Assembly: GCF_041146345.1 (NCBI RefSeq)
Contig: NW_027191408.1
Coordinates: 992,001-1,056,000 of the forward strand
Length of the DNA: 64,000 bases
Source of the DNA: Neodothiora populina
Taxonomy: Eukaryota
Direction of reading: 5' to 3'
A program made the translations under genes and the position numbers. The notes under the pieces were generated by a model that saw nothing but the letters and a program-made list of their open reading frames with translations, was not told the DNA's origin and did no database searches. Positions 1 to 13,100 of this stretch are shown piece by piece. Within the stretch, counting starts at the first letter, position 1. The number at the start of each line of letters is the position of its first letter.

Positions 1-1168
1 AGGAGTGGAACCGGGCGATGAAACCATTTGCACGAAATAGCTAGAAAGCATTGACCTTTGGTTCGCAAAAGAGTTTTGCGAGTCTCAACCGGTTATGTCT
101 CCTGAACCAAGTAGTCTCTGCGCCGAGCTGTAAACAGTATTGCAGTCTTGCCAGCCTGACTTTTTTGTGTCGTGCATTAAGCAAGTATCCCTGATCAGCG
201 GGGATGGACAGACCAGATAATTACCGACCGACCCCAAAAGAAGCCACCAGGTACGTTACACGTAGATCCTCCAACCTACCTTATCCTTGTTCCAGTGGGA
301 TCGGTACAAGTACGATTTCGTTTTCATAGACAAATCTGCATCGATATCATTTGAATCCCATGTACAAGTACAGCCTGTTCCCCGATCTACAACATTCAGA
401 TAGTCGACTTCGTGATGCAAACCGTAGCTTCTTCCGAGCATCGGAACGTCGAGTCAGCACTGCAACGTCCAAAGTCGAAATGCCAAGGGCAGGAAAGCGC
501 CGAAACCCTGCCAGCCTCTATCCACCGGTTGCTACAGTTCAGTGCTACCTAAAGCAGGAAGTAGGACCTGAGCACTCATCGCGGTCTACCGAATGATAGC
601 ATTATCGTGCCAGAGCAACACATGATTACCTTAGGTAGCTATATGGGTAGCAGAAGTAGTTCAAACAAAACATGCCACAGTCTAATGCAGACACATCTCT
701 CCCAGCACATCGTGTTGTTTGGCTACTCAAAATCTTCCATGATTAAAGTACGTATGAACGTTGACAACCCCCATAATTGAGCCTTTTTGGCGTAATCGTC
801 ATCATCGTTAAGATGCCTCGTGCGCCACATCAGTTTCTCCTCGAGTGTCTCCTCGAGCGTCTTGCTCCCCATCTCTGGGCTGTATATGTCGTAGAAAAAG
901 ACAGCGGAAAAGGAGGCATGTCTCAAGTAGACGATCCAAACTGAACACTCACTCCCTTCCTAAACGCCGCATCTGAGGTCTTTCAACCGTCAAGTACATG
1001 TAAGAAACGAACACCCGCCCATGTCTAGGTACCTTGGGTAAGGTAGCTAGGGCTTCAAGGTGGAGTCGGGAAGCGTGGGCCACGCGCTCGTTCTTGGCCG
1101 ACGTCGACCCTTTTGGTAAACCGCACTCCGTACGCATCCTACCATCATCTAAAAAACATTGAGAAAAG

Positions 1169-3748
1169 TTAACACTCGTGCATGAATTTGTTCTTCGGCC
1201 ATGTGTAGCCTGGTATATCCGTCCAATGCTGTGACATGAGATATTAGCATGAATGTTCTCTAGCATTCCCAAGAAGACACTGTCGACTTACCGTGTAATT
1301 AGGATTATTGTATGCCTCCGGATGATTCTTGATATACTCCGTCGTTTCGTACCCAGGCGGATCACATGTCACCATCTCCTCGCCTTCCTTTTGGTACCAT
1401 CTCACATAGTCGATTCGCATCGTGGTTGGAAAGTGCAACGCGGGCCAGTCGATGTTGACCCAAGCTTCACTGATACCCAAATTCATCACCAAACTCATGG
1501 GCTCCTCGCTGATGATGCGTTGCCCAATATTACCATTAGGACCAATAGCTCGAGCATCGAATTGCATCGTCATCTGATCACCTACCCACCACGCGATACT
1601 TGAGTTTAGAGTCACACCAGGCGTGTACTCATAAGCGTACTTTTGGTACATCAGCCCATCATACCAAGAATTGTTCAGCATCGTTGTCGTGGAGACAGCC
1701 TGTTGGAATGGACCGCCAGTATACGTGTTGACGAACGAAGTAGCGTAGTCCGGCGTCTCCATGAAGTCGTAGTTGGGGTACCACCAAATATCGAAGGGTG
1801 CTACTTGATAAGATTGGGTGGCCACAGCAACGCCCATTCCCTAATGCTTCTGTCAGCTAAAAGTGAACGATCAGCACCTTTACGCAAGAACGCTTACACC
1901 CCAGTCGCCAGACACCTCAATAATATCAATCTCCGGCGCACCTCTTCCGACACCAGGAGTCGGATGGTCCGAGTTCGGACAACCACAGCTCGTCAATTTC
2001 TGACCGGGCAAATAGCTCAAGCCATCTGTAGTGCTCTGGTTCGGCGTGACACCGACGTCGCACAAATCATAGGTGTAAGGCCAGATTCCGTCAGTGGTGG
2101 CAAGATAACCAGGCCTGCCTAGGTTACCCATCGACCACACGCCAGGCCACAATCCGTGGATACCGCCGGGGCCAGGAAGCGATACGGAAACCTCGAAGAT
2201 ACCTCCTTTAAAACATAGTTGATTCCATGAATTCAACATTCCTGAACGATATTGCAGGCCATGGTTGGGAAAGGCATCCAGTGTGAGCTCCAAAGCGCCA
2301 TTGTAAGTTGTCGCGGCATCCGGATCATACCATTCCAAATCTCTCGTCGCACCGTACCAGATGTCGGGGGCAAACCAGTATGGATCGTCACCCTTGTAGA
2401 ATGTCCTGTTGTTGTCGGAGAATTCATCACTGAACACAAGTTTATACTCGGAACCGTCCTTGGCGGTCCTCGTGCGAGCACTTGCGGGAGTGTCTCCGTC
2501 GATGAGACCAGTCCTGACATTCTTCAACAATGGCCAGGTCCTATTCGGGTCAATTGTCGCCCAGGTTATCGTCGACTCGTCCCCATTTCCGAATTGATCC
2601 ATCGGTGTTTCCGCATTGTAGTTCAGAAGGTCGATACCGGTAGAACTGAGCACGGGAAGAGCGATGAAAAGAGTCAACAGACCAAGTACCATTAGTATCA
2701 AACCTATCGTACTTAGAATGGTATCTTTGGCGAAATGCTCCCGGAATGTAGGGGCCATTGTCTTGTCGTCATCAGGCATAGGCATATGCATGTCATCATC
2801 CGGCTCCTTTTCGTCCCAGTACAGAGGGAAATTGTACCCTTGTTTATCGATGGTTGTCGCGCCTAATCTGTCGTCAAGATACACAGGAAAGAAGCCCATC
2901 GTCTCTGACTGATGATTCGCAGTAGCATTTGGAGTTGCAGCGACAGATTCTGCCGTCGTCGTCACGCCGACTTTCGGTCCCACAGTTGCCACGCCTGGCG
3001 GGACTGCGGATGTGCCAGAATCCATGAGATTGGTACTGGATTGATTGTTTTCATCGTCAAAAGGATCAGAATTTCTTTTCGAGCCTGTTGTCGAGCCATC
3101 ACCGATAAGTGGGCTGAAAGCGCCTGTCGTTGAGTTGTACCGCGGCAGTAGCGAGGTCACATCTGTGGAAGAGTTGTTACGAGTCGCAAAAGGATTGTAG
3201 TATCGATCATAATCCTGGCCAAGATCTCTCACAGATCTCGGTGAGTTCATTCGAGAAATGCTATTCGAGGACGAGTACGGACTCATCTGTACAGGACGGG
3301 ATGCAGGTATGGGCGGCGGAGGTGGGAGACCTGCCGCAATAGCCGCTCCAACTGCTCTTGCTTCCGACTCCCTCGTGCGAGAGCCAGTAATGTCGTACAT
3401 GTCATCACTTTGACTTGACGGAGTCGGGTGAGACGAGGTGCTGGAATGCGAACTATGTGAGTTTGTCGCAGTCATGCGTGAGTGAGGCGTTGTGGTCCTT
3501 GTTACGAGCGGAGAGCCCGTAGGCGTACTCTCTCCCTTTCCCGGACTTCGTGGTCTGCTTTTCTTCTTCAAGATATTCGGCGAGATTCCTTGTTGACTGG
3601 ATGTCCGTCGCAAAGAGGCGGCCGAGGCTTGGGCGTGAAGATTAGTGGATGATCTACCAGCTTGCTGGCCAATAGAGTCTCCCCCGTCATTAGTGAGTCC
3701 TCCGGTCTGTGAGTGCAGACGAGAAGCTTCTGGTTGTGCCGGAGCCAT
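1169..3748 (-). CDS. KRE6: Beta-1,6-glucan synthesis-associated protein, KRE6/SKN1 family (GH16-like type II membrane protein), ~819 aa; exons 3748-1898, 1840-1292, 1228-1169
   Basis: Low-complexity N-terminus, one TM helix (TILSTIGLILMVLGLLTLFIALPVL), then LVFSDEF, YRSGMLNSWNQLCFKGG, GLWPGVWSMGNLGRPGY, GRGAPEIDIIE (ExDxxE), MRIDYVRWYQ, TCDPPGYETTEYI. Introns GTAAGC..GCTGAC..TAG (1897-1841) and GTAAGT..GCTAAT..CAG (1291-1229) keep the frame to the end WPKNKFMHEC*. Confidence 0.92.
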
Positions 3749-6416
3749 AATGGTAGGTGGTTCTTTGTATTATATTCTTTCTTTTTAACAGACGCAGTAA
3801 AAGCACAGTGCAAGGAACGTGAGATGCTGATGCTGCTGCTAGCCGCACAGGATGCACGTGGGTGCGGGAGGGATTAATACAGTTCGCGCGACATATGGAG
3901 AGGAAGATCCTTTGTTCTCTACAAGGAAGTAGCGACTGTGGGTGGATATTTGTAGTTGCAGGTGCTGGAAGTGGCTGCGATGCGACGGAAATGCAGCAGG
4001 ACGCAGTAGATGAGACTCGAGTGGAATGGATTCTGCTCCTGTGTTGCACCCGTTTTTTGGACCGATAATGAAGAGTCGCAAGAGGTGGAAGGTGCTTGCG
4101 CAATTTACATGGGTTGAGTACTGGCAGGTAAGGCAGGTACACGGGACTAGCAACCTTGAGTGCTTGGGAATGGCCTTGGTAGTCCACCGCTCTACACGTC
4201 AATCATCCGCCAAGCTTGTGGGGTGCTGTCTGGGGCGGCCTTGGGGGAGGGGAAAGGTTGGCGGGGGCTACGAGCGCTTTTCTCCAAAGAAATGGGATCT
4301 AACGGACCGAGTGCTGACGCGTGCAGATCTGGAGTAACAATTAGAATAGATCTTGTAGCACGGTACATGCTTGTACATGAGGTAAAGTACCCACCTTCTC
4401 TGACAATATAATGATCACAACTTGAGAAGGGACAAGGGACACACACGGGTCAGACGGAAACAAGAAGAGACGGCTCACGACCGCTATCTGTAAGGATCAG
4501 ACATGGAGGAGCAGCGAAACGATGAACTAAAGTGAAACAAAATGTCGCCCTGCCGAGGCCAAAGGCTACAAAGAACCGCTGATGACAGAGGCGCAACTGG
4601 GAGAGACATTTGCTGCATGCCAATCTTTTCGATCCGATCGACTTCCCTCTACTGCCAAGATTACCCAAAATAATTGTCTTGAAGTGCCATGCTTTCGTGA
4701 GCCTCTGTTGGGTATCTGAGAAGAAAAGGCAAAGTGCATTCCATCACGGCACTTCACCTTACTGTAGCTGACTTTCCGTGGCCCAGTATAGAATATGTCG
4801 AGAAAGCCAGTCTCCTACTCTAAAGCCCTCTCACCCTTCTTGTGCTCTCGTAGTAGTGTACGAGCATATTTCAATCCCGACTCAAGTCACTCATTGCGCA
4901 GGGAAACGGGACAAGACAGCGCCGCGCGCCCTTGCATTTTCCTTTCTCTCGTCTGGTCTCGCAAAGCGACCGAACGGTACGACCATGCTGGGACGAAAGG
5001 AAAACCAAGCTGAGTTGAGGCTAAGGCCCAGTTTCTGCTTCACCTTCTACCTGCCCGTAACAGTCGTACCCAACAACGGGCGCGACGGGCGGGTCAGGTC
5101 GTTCGGTCGGGCGTACCGTTCGTGTGGCGTTAGGTCAATTTACCAAGTAAAGAATAGCCCCAAGATAAGGTAAAGGGTTGGATCCAAAGTGCTGTACAAT
5201 CAACGATGGATCATTTATTTTCCAAGTTTATCCGCGATGTTTTCTTGGTGCTGGCGCAATTAGTTTGATGAAGGGGCTCTCAACAATCTTATCCGCCAGT
5301 CTTCTCTCCAACACCTCGTTTTATCCCGTACAGTACTCAGCTTTCTGCAAATATCGCTTTCACAGAGTAACGTATAGTAGGTACCTACTACTGGACGTGA
5401 CTCGAATGCGAACCACATGCACGCATGCATGCATGCCCCGTTCGCTTTGTGCCCGTTACAACGATAAAATCAAGGGATCCCCTCGAATCTAATACTGCTA
5501 TAGTACCGGATATGCAGGACCCCGTCCCTCTCCTGTATGCCGAATACGGAATCAATACGAACAGAAAATGACGATCTTCTATCTCCTTCTCGTGTTCAAC
5601 ATAGCGGAGCGAGAGAATGCAAAGACGGCAAAGCAATATGTAGAGTTGTCTCCTGATCACAGATGAAGTTCACCTCCATCCGCTTACCTCGATCCTCACC
5701 GGATATCAAACGAGTTTTAAAAGTGCCTATTAGCTACAATAATCCCAACTTCTCTACTCATGCAGTGCCTTACCTACGGTATTGTCCTCTCTCATCTGTT
5801 TCGAAGCTCAACATTAAAAGTTTTTGAGCTCACGAGAACGCCAAACCCACGCATTTACAGTACAAGTACGAGCTGAGAAAATGGGACTATCATACCTTAG
5901 TTCGGCCGGCGCACCAAGTACAGCAAGATGGGCGATCGACCGTATATCCGTCAACCCACGCTCAGAATGTGAAACTCTACCGCTGCTGCTCTGTATCCTC
6001 GCTAAAGTCCACAAGACACTTTTTTCTTTCCGGCTCTCGCTTTCGTGATTCTTTCACGTGCATACACATGCGTACATATCAAGTCCCCTCACAACAAATA
6101 CTGTATATCTTAAAGTCATAACACGAAGTGATGTGAACAAGTTCTCCGAGCTCGTATCAAACTCTTACTTATATTATACAGTACAATAGAGGAAAGTATG
6201 TACTGTGCCTTAGCCACGCTACTCTACACCACCACGACGACCAACATGCTCTATAGAAGAGACCCCGTCTTCTGACTCAGATCGTGACCTTGAACATTGC
6301 GCGTGGATCCCCTTCCTTTCTCTTGTTCTTTGCTCGCCTGTATGTATGTTTCAAGGCCGTATGTCTCTTGGTCTGTAGTAGTATACTGTACAAAGGATTG
6401 TAAAGTGTGGAGGAGG

Positions 6417-6420
<4 letters not shown>

Positions 6421-6474
<54 letters not shown>
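6421..6474. repeat. (GA)27 microsatellite
   Basis: Perfect GA run read directly, ~270 nt downstream of the HFL1-like stop codon. Confidence 0.98.
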
Positions 6475-6477
<3 letters not shown>

Positions 6478-6740
6478 GGAATGGTGAGATATAGTGAATT
6501 AACTCTGTTTTGTGATCCATCCTGCGTTAGTTACTTTACTACTTTGTCGTTGCTGTTAGTTTGGAAATGTTAGTGCTGAGATTGTCATTGGATTTTAGGT
6601 GAGGTACTCGGAAAGAAAGAAAAAAAGACTCGCTAAAGTTGCTATCAACTACAGAAAAAGACATCCAACATTCATCAAGTAGAGAGCCACAGCCTTGCTT
6701 TTGCAGAAGGAGCAGGAGTGGACTTCATCTTTCAGACAAT

Positions 6741-9062
6741 TCATTTCCCGTCATCTTCACCCCATACGTGTCGTTCTTCGTTGAAACTGCCGTATTCAGG
6801 TGTCCGCTGACGTTCTTGTGACGACGACGACGATGAATCGCCATAGTCTCTATGCTCCCACGGCTGCTCTTGCTCGAGCTCGTCTAGGGGTTTCTTTGCG
6901 TCGTTGTCATCGTTTTCGCCCTCGTCCTCGTCTTCGCCGATTGCAAAGGCCATGTCGGTGTTGTGCATCTGGTCCGTTGCGGCACCCTCGGGCTCGTCGG
7001 GATTATAGCCGTGACGCACCTCCTCGACTTCGCCTTCGTCTGGGTTCGTGACACTGGTCTGGTTGTTAGCAACGGCTCCAGTCTGCATTGGAAGGGTTAT
7101 CGAAGACGTACACAAAATGCTTTTGCTCAACCCCGTTCCAGCCAGGGCCGCCTTCTTTGCGAGCCCTGACACGTTCTATTTCCTCAGCCTCATGGTCTTC
7201 CACGACCAGATCGACGAGCTGGCTGTTCCCAGACTTGGAAGAGGCCGAAGAACTCGAGGATTCCTGGCGCAGCAGCTTGCCAATGATGGGGAGCTTCCCA
7301 CGGGACTTTGCGTGTGAGCCAGCACTGCTGGACGCTTCTCCATGATGCGACGCATCCTCTCCGTGCTTCACGTTGTTTTGAATTTCCTTGATCTTGCTCT
7401 TGCGTCGTTGCTTGTTGCCCTTGGTAGGCTGGAGGAGGTTGCGATTGGTCGAGCTGGTGATGACGTCCGGGGCCGCGCCGAGTCCGTCGGCCTTGGTGGC
7501 ATAGTGAGTGTTGATGACAGGGTAGTTCCAGTCACCAAACTCAAGGGCGCGCGCGTTATCGTACAGCCGCTCCTCCTCGGGATCCAGCATGGGCTCTTCC
7601 GGCGGGCCGGGGGAGCCGTAGCGATTTGCACTGACGGGAGGCGAATGCGACTTGCCTCCTCCGGGGCTCATTGTTCTGGCCCGGCTACTGGCCAGATGAC
7701 CGAGCAATGGCGTTTTGGCGTCGGCATGACCACGTTCAGGCAACCAGTATTTCCCCTTGCCTCCTCTTCCGTATCTCATACCCTCCTTGATGCGAGCTTC
7801 GCGAGAGCTGGACTGCTCATGAGCAATGACATTGTCGTCAGCATCGAAGTAGCGGTATTCGTACTGTGTGCCGTAGAATGTCTCTTTGGCGTCTTCGATG
7901 AGGTCGCGGGGGCCGAAGGCGTCGCGCAGAGCATACTTGACGGGCATACGGGCGTCGGAGATGGTCTTGTCGGCATAGTCGTGCCAGGAGAAAGCATACC
8001 AATGCGCCAGAGCGAAGACGGGCATTTCGAAGCAGATCAGCGCATCTTGAATCGCGGCAGCGAGGTTGTCCGCCGAGTAGCCGCCTTTGATGTCTGGGAT
8101 GGCGCCGAGCCAGACGAGGATGGAGAGCATGAAGCCCTGCCAGTATGAGGCAAAGATGATACCCTTGATGCACAAGAACTTGGGCATGGGGCGGAAGGGG
8201 TGCAGGTCGTCGGACATGCAGACCCAGAAGAGGGCGAGTGCATACAGACTGATGGAGATGCTGACGTTGTAAATCAGACTGCTCCAGAAATAGCCCGAGG
8301 CGACTCCTATGTAGCCTTCTCTGTATGTCCCGGTGGCCTTCATTGCGATTGTGGAGACAGCAAGCAGAGGCTTGATCCAGGTGTATTGTAGAATGCCACG
8401 CTTGATGCTGAGGAAGGTGTGAGGATCGGAGATGTCGACTTTGGCCAGGCAGTGGTTGAGTGGCCAGAGGTGGGACACGGGCGCGCGGCCGTGCATCATG
8501 ATGATGAGAGCTCGCTCACCGCCGAGGAAGTTGATGAGTAGCTGGAAGAAAGCATACAAGGTGAAAGCCTGGCACACGTATCAGCAGTCGACAGGGAGGC
8601 CAATGTCTCACGAGGCAACACACCTCGTAGACGTCCCGGAAGGGATCTATCCAGAACGCCACCCTCATGGATATCAAGCTCGCCCATGACGCGGCGCAAT
8701 AAATTGGCACCCTGTGTCGGTCATCAGCTGCTTTGTTGCATACAAGTCGTGTCAGAAGGAGGGACGAACATGATCAGGATCCGGATGACATAGCGCTGCA
8801 ACAGGGGCTTCCTGTAGTTTTTCCTGCAACACAATCTCAATACCAGAGCCTCTTGTTTTTCACAGACTGCAATTGCGCCTACGTTTGAAGCCATACTGCG
8901 CTGCATAGAGGTTCAGCGAATGACGTTATACATGTTTCGTTGACAGAGGACTTACACAAAAGTCGTCAGGGTAGCAGAGAGCGCAGCCACACCGGCGAGG
9001 ATAGTGACGAGGCTCGCAAAGCGACTGCCTGTGCCAGACGGTATAGTCTGGTCGCCTGCCAT
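6741..9062 (-). CDS. HFL1: TMEM184/organic solute transporter alpha family protein (Hfl1-like vacuolar membrane protein), ~678 aa; exons 9062-8956, 8900-8883, 8823-8770, 8711-8624, 8568-7112, 7053-6741
   Basis: Spliced product MAGDQTIPSGTGSRFASLVTILAG...WLQTKNYRKPLLQRYVIRILIMVPIY...DPFRDVYEAFTLYAFFQLLINFLGGER...KRGILQY...PFRPMPKFLCIKGIIFASYWQG...QDALICFEMPVFALAHWYAFSW. All five introns are GT..AG and the exon sum (2037 nt) is a multiple of 3. Last intron boundaries are less certain because two in-frame options exist. Confidence 0.88.
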
Positions 9063-10130
9063 GGTGATGTTTTTGAGGTATGCGATCCTTCTTGAGGAGG
9101 AAGCAACTTATTCTACGCCGACACAGGGAGTATCATGTTGCGATGATTATGTGGGCGCAATGTGCCTTTTAATAGAGGAGACGATGCACACAGTGACCAA
9201 AGAAGAAGGAGGTTAGTAGTGCTGATTGTGACAGTGATGGTGGTGGTGGCAGTCAAGGCATCAGAATAAACACAAAAGACAAAAGACTTGGATCAGGGTA
9301 AAAGGCTCTCTACTTGCAGTCGAGTAAAGCAGTCAAAGCGTGACCGCGGGCGTACGAATAACACACTACTAACACTGCACTACTTTACTAAACACTGAGC
9401 GGAGCACTGCCTTCCAACGAGTCTCCGCCTTTTGTGCGGTTCCCCTTCACTACTCGGCTTCCATTCCACTGCCACACTGGAGACCTTTGAGTTGTCGGCC
9501 CTTTCTCACCGTCTTCGTGGGCATCACCAGGCGGGGGAGAGACTTGACTCTAGATTGAGTCACTCGACTCTGTAATCAGATCTGTGCTTTGCAAGTCGAG
9601 TCGCGGTACAAATGCGCCTCAGTCCAGCAGCAGGACCATTATTGTACCAAGCCAAGATGGCGGGGCTTTTTACTCGTTCGAGACAAGTCATGTACAGGCA
9701 GCACATGCTATTGAAGACGGTCAGTTCTGTACTACTGTGTCTGCAATACACTCAAGTCTCCATCGATCGTTCATATACTCTCCTGCCGCCAGCGCATCGT
9801 TTACAGTAGGTATATTCAATAGCACACAACTTCGACAGCGTCATAATTAAGGTAATTCTAGAACGCTTTGACATAAGGTACTCCGCATTCTACCTGTAGT
9901 GTTACCTTTAATTCTTGAATTACGACAGCCAGCGACGTTGTTCACAACAGCGTCTGTTCCCGATATTTCTCCCCTTTTCGTGTTTCTATCAGTGTCAACG
10001 TGTGTTTTGCAGAGTCGCGCATTGCCACGCTCTTGCCGCGACACACGCTTCTGGCCACGATGAATTGCGTCGACGGACAAGACACAACGAGACCACGGAT
10101 AAGGACCAGGTCAGGAGTATCTTCGCAGCC

Positions 10131-13100
10131 ATGGCGAATGGCCTCACCGCTCAACCGGTAATTTGCTTCTCTTTCTTCTCTCTCCCCTTCACCTATTGAT
10201 CTCTCTTTGTAGCTGGGTCAGCAGGCGGGCTTTAACTGGGTCTTCCTCATCGACGTGATTGTTTGTTTGGTCTTGGCCTTATTCTTCTTATTCTACTGGA
10301 ATCGCGCATTTGCGACAATTGTATCTTACATTATACGTGCCTACACATGGCACGCATATCGCGCCTATATCGACATTACTTCGCTTCAACTATCATTGCT
10401 TGGAGGACGTCTGTTCTTCAAAAGTATCCGCTATCACGGCCACAATCAGACCGTCCTGGTTCACGATGGATATATCACCTGGCGCTACTGGTTGAGGCAG
10501 GTTCAGGACGCCGAGATCTTTATGAAACAGCGTGAACGGCCTTTGAAATCGCCATCACGCACTTCGACGGATAGTCTGGACGAGCCGGTCCCAGCATCCT
10601 CCGCCCGACATTCCACAGCCAGAACCCGGAGCAGGAGCAGGAGCAGAGGCGCGCGTGGAGACTCGACCACCAGCCCGAGCGACAGCAGGAGCGGAAGCAG
10701 GATCAGGAGCAGGAGCAGAAACTCGAGTCTGGGTCAGGCAGAGGCAGGAAAACTACCAGCCCGTCCGCTTCTGCCGTGTCGCATCGAGGTCAAAGTCTCC
10801 GGTGTCGAGGCCTTTCTGTACAATCAGACTCCCATCTACGACACCATCATCGCCAACCTCACCGGAGATCCCAAAACCAATGCTGCGCCGAACGCTCCCG
10901 CTGACAACGTCGAGACTGACACATTCTCGAGTAATCAATCCCCACCGGAGGATGAGGAAAAAGCGGCCTACACTCGCTCGAGGCACATGGACAGTCAACA
11001 ATTCCGCACTAGCTTCGAGTCCCAGCGTCCGGATCCCTCTGCCGCGTCGCGCGATCGTTCTTCTATCCCGGCGTTCCTGCGACTCTTCCCTGTGCAGATT
11101 GAATGCAAGAAAGCTGCTGCCGCAGTGGGCAATGAACACACCCCTAGTGTTGTCACAGCCAAGCTGGACCATGCTATAGGCCGGATCGATGCCGACGAAG
11201 CTGGCTCCTTGGATCTATATAAGCTCTTGTTCAAATTCGATTTCTCTAATGTCAACGTCGCTTTCAAGTCTAATGCCGACTTCCACACTTACCAGCTGCA
11301 AGCTGCGCATCACTTGTCCGTGACTGCGACCCCCAAGAAGAAGAAGCGATCTTTCTTCGGCCTGCGCATCCACAGGCGCATCCGGAAGACGGTGTCCTTT
11401 CTTCGCAGACTCTTCACCTTGCATCGCGATTCCAATCGGTCCATCCGGACAGCTTCACTCTTGAGTAACGACGAGCTCGTCGATGAAGCAGCTCCCAAGC
11501 TCCCTGGGGAAGCGCAATGGCAGGGCCTTGCGCGTTATTTGGATGACGATCCGACAAACCAGAGTCACGAATGGGACGACGTCGAGTATGCCAGATCTTC
11601 ACAGATTGTGGATTGCTCCAAAGTCAAGATGAACTTCTACTGGGATGTCCCGGGTCCAGTACTCAAGCAACGGAGCCCATTGGAGCAATCCGATGACGTG
11701 AACGGGGCGACGCCACCAGAGTACGGACTTGACCTTTTTGTTGAGGGCGGCAACATCACTTATGGGCCATGGGCTGACCGTCAGCGGGTCATTTTGCAAC
11801 AGATGTTCTTTCCTGTCAGCTATTGTGATGCTCGTCCGGCTCAGCGACGTACCTCCGACCAGATCCGACTGGCGACCGTCTTCAAACTGTACCTCTGTTT
11901 GGAGAAAGACATCGTGTTGAGGATTCCAACCCGCGAATCGTCTAAGGATTGGCACTGGCAAGGACGTACCGAGACCCATCGCAAAGACGGTGCATCAGAA
12001 CCTAGCTTGCGGAAGAGGAGTGGAAAGGGAAGCAAGAAAGCCGGCAAGGGCAAGAAGAATGCGCAGAAACAGCAGCAGCAGCAAGCTGCGGGTGCAAATG
12101 TTCGACCGTTTGGTTGGATTGATGTAAAGGTGCTTGCCGACACTACTGTCAACTACTACATGGATATGTATGCCCGCAAAGACAGATATTGCAACCTTCT
12201 CGATCTAGATGTCAAAGGCACGGAGATCTTCTCTAGTGTGAACCACGCTCTGCTATGGCGCGCGGGGAATCTCACAATGCAAGCAGACTTGTCAAATCCC
12301 CTCGGCTGGAATACCTTGCGCAAATGGCTCTTCAAGGTGACGTGCCATGACTTGGATCTGTTCATCTTGCGGGACCACATGTTTCTCATGACCGACCTCA
12401 TCGCCGATTGGGCTGCTGGTCCCCCTCCGGACTTTTATACCTTTACACCCTATGAGTATGGTCTCGATCTCAACTTCAACAATTTCAATCTCTTCCTCAA
12501 CGGCAACGATGCAAACATAGTCAACGATCCCTCGGATCTTGAAGCAAACAATTTCCTCATCTTGCGCGGTGAGAAGCTGAACTGCGCCCTCAGCATACCG
12601 ATCGACGAATATCGTCCGGCACAGAGTGGAGTCACGTTTGATGTGACAGCCCACGATCTGTCGCTTGATCTGAGTAACTCCGTCAAGATGACACTCCACA
12701 CCCTGCTCCGGGATAAGCGCGTGGCAACATTGAAGAAACTTACTCTCAACGGAACCCAGACCTTTTACTCCGAACAATCTCCCGGCCTTTGCGATGTCTT
12801 ACGTATGGACATTGGCGGCCACGAACTCCATTTGTGTCTGTTTGGCTTCCTGATCCGTTATTTTGTCAATGTCAAGGAAAATTACTTCGGAGAGTTTCTG
12901 CATTTCAAGACTCTAGAGGAGTATCAACACAGCGACGGCTCCGCAGCTGATACCGAAGCAAACGTTATCGGAAGACACAACTACAGACCGGCCAATGACC
13001 TCGATGTTATCCTCTGTATCAAGGCAACACGCCCTACCATTCTGCTTCCTTCCAATATCTACTCAGCAGAAACTTATGTGAGGGCAGAGCTGCCAATCGC

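Noticed and set aside
6251..6520. ORFs with poly-SL or poly-ER tracts
   Set aside because: Translation artefacts of the (GA)27 microsatellite.
7342..8148. 268-aa plus-strand ORF (and similar antisense ORFs over CSF1, KRE6, flbD and MTC6)
   Set aside because: These are antisense shadows of genes with strong codon bias and have no independent protein features.
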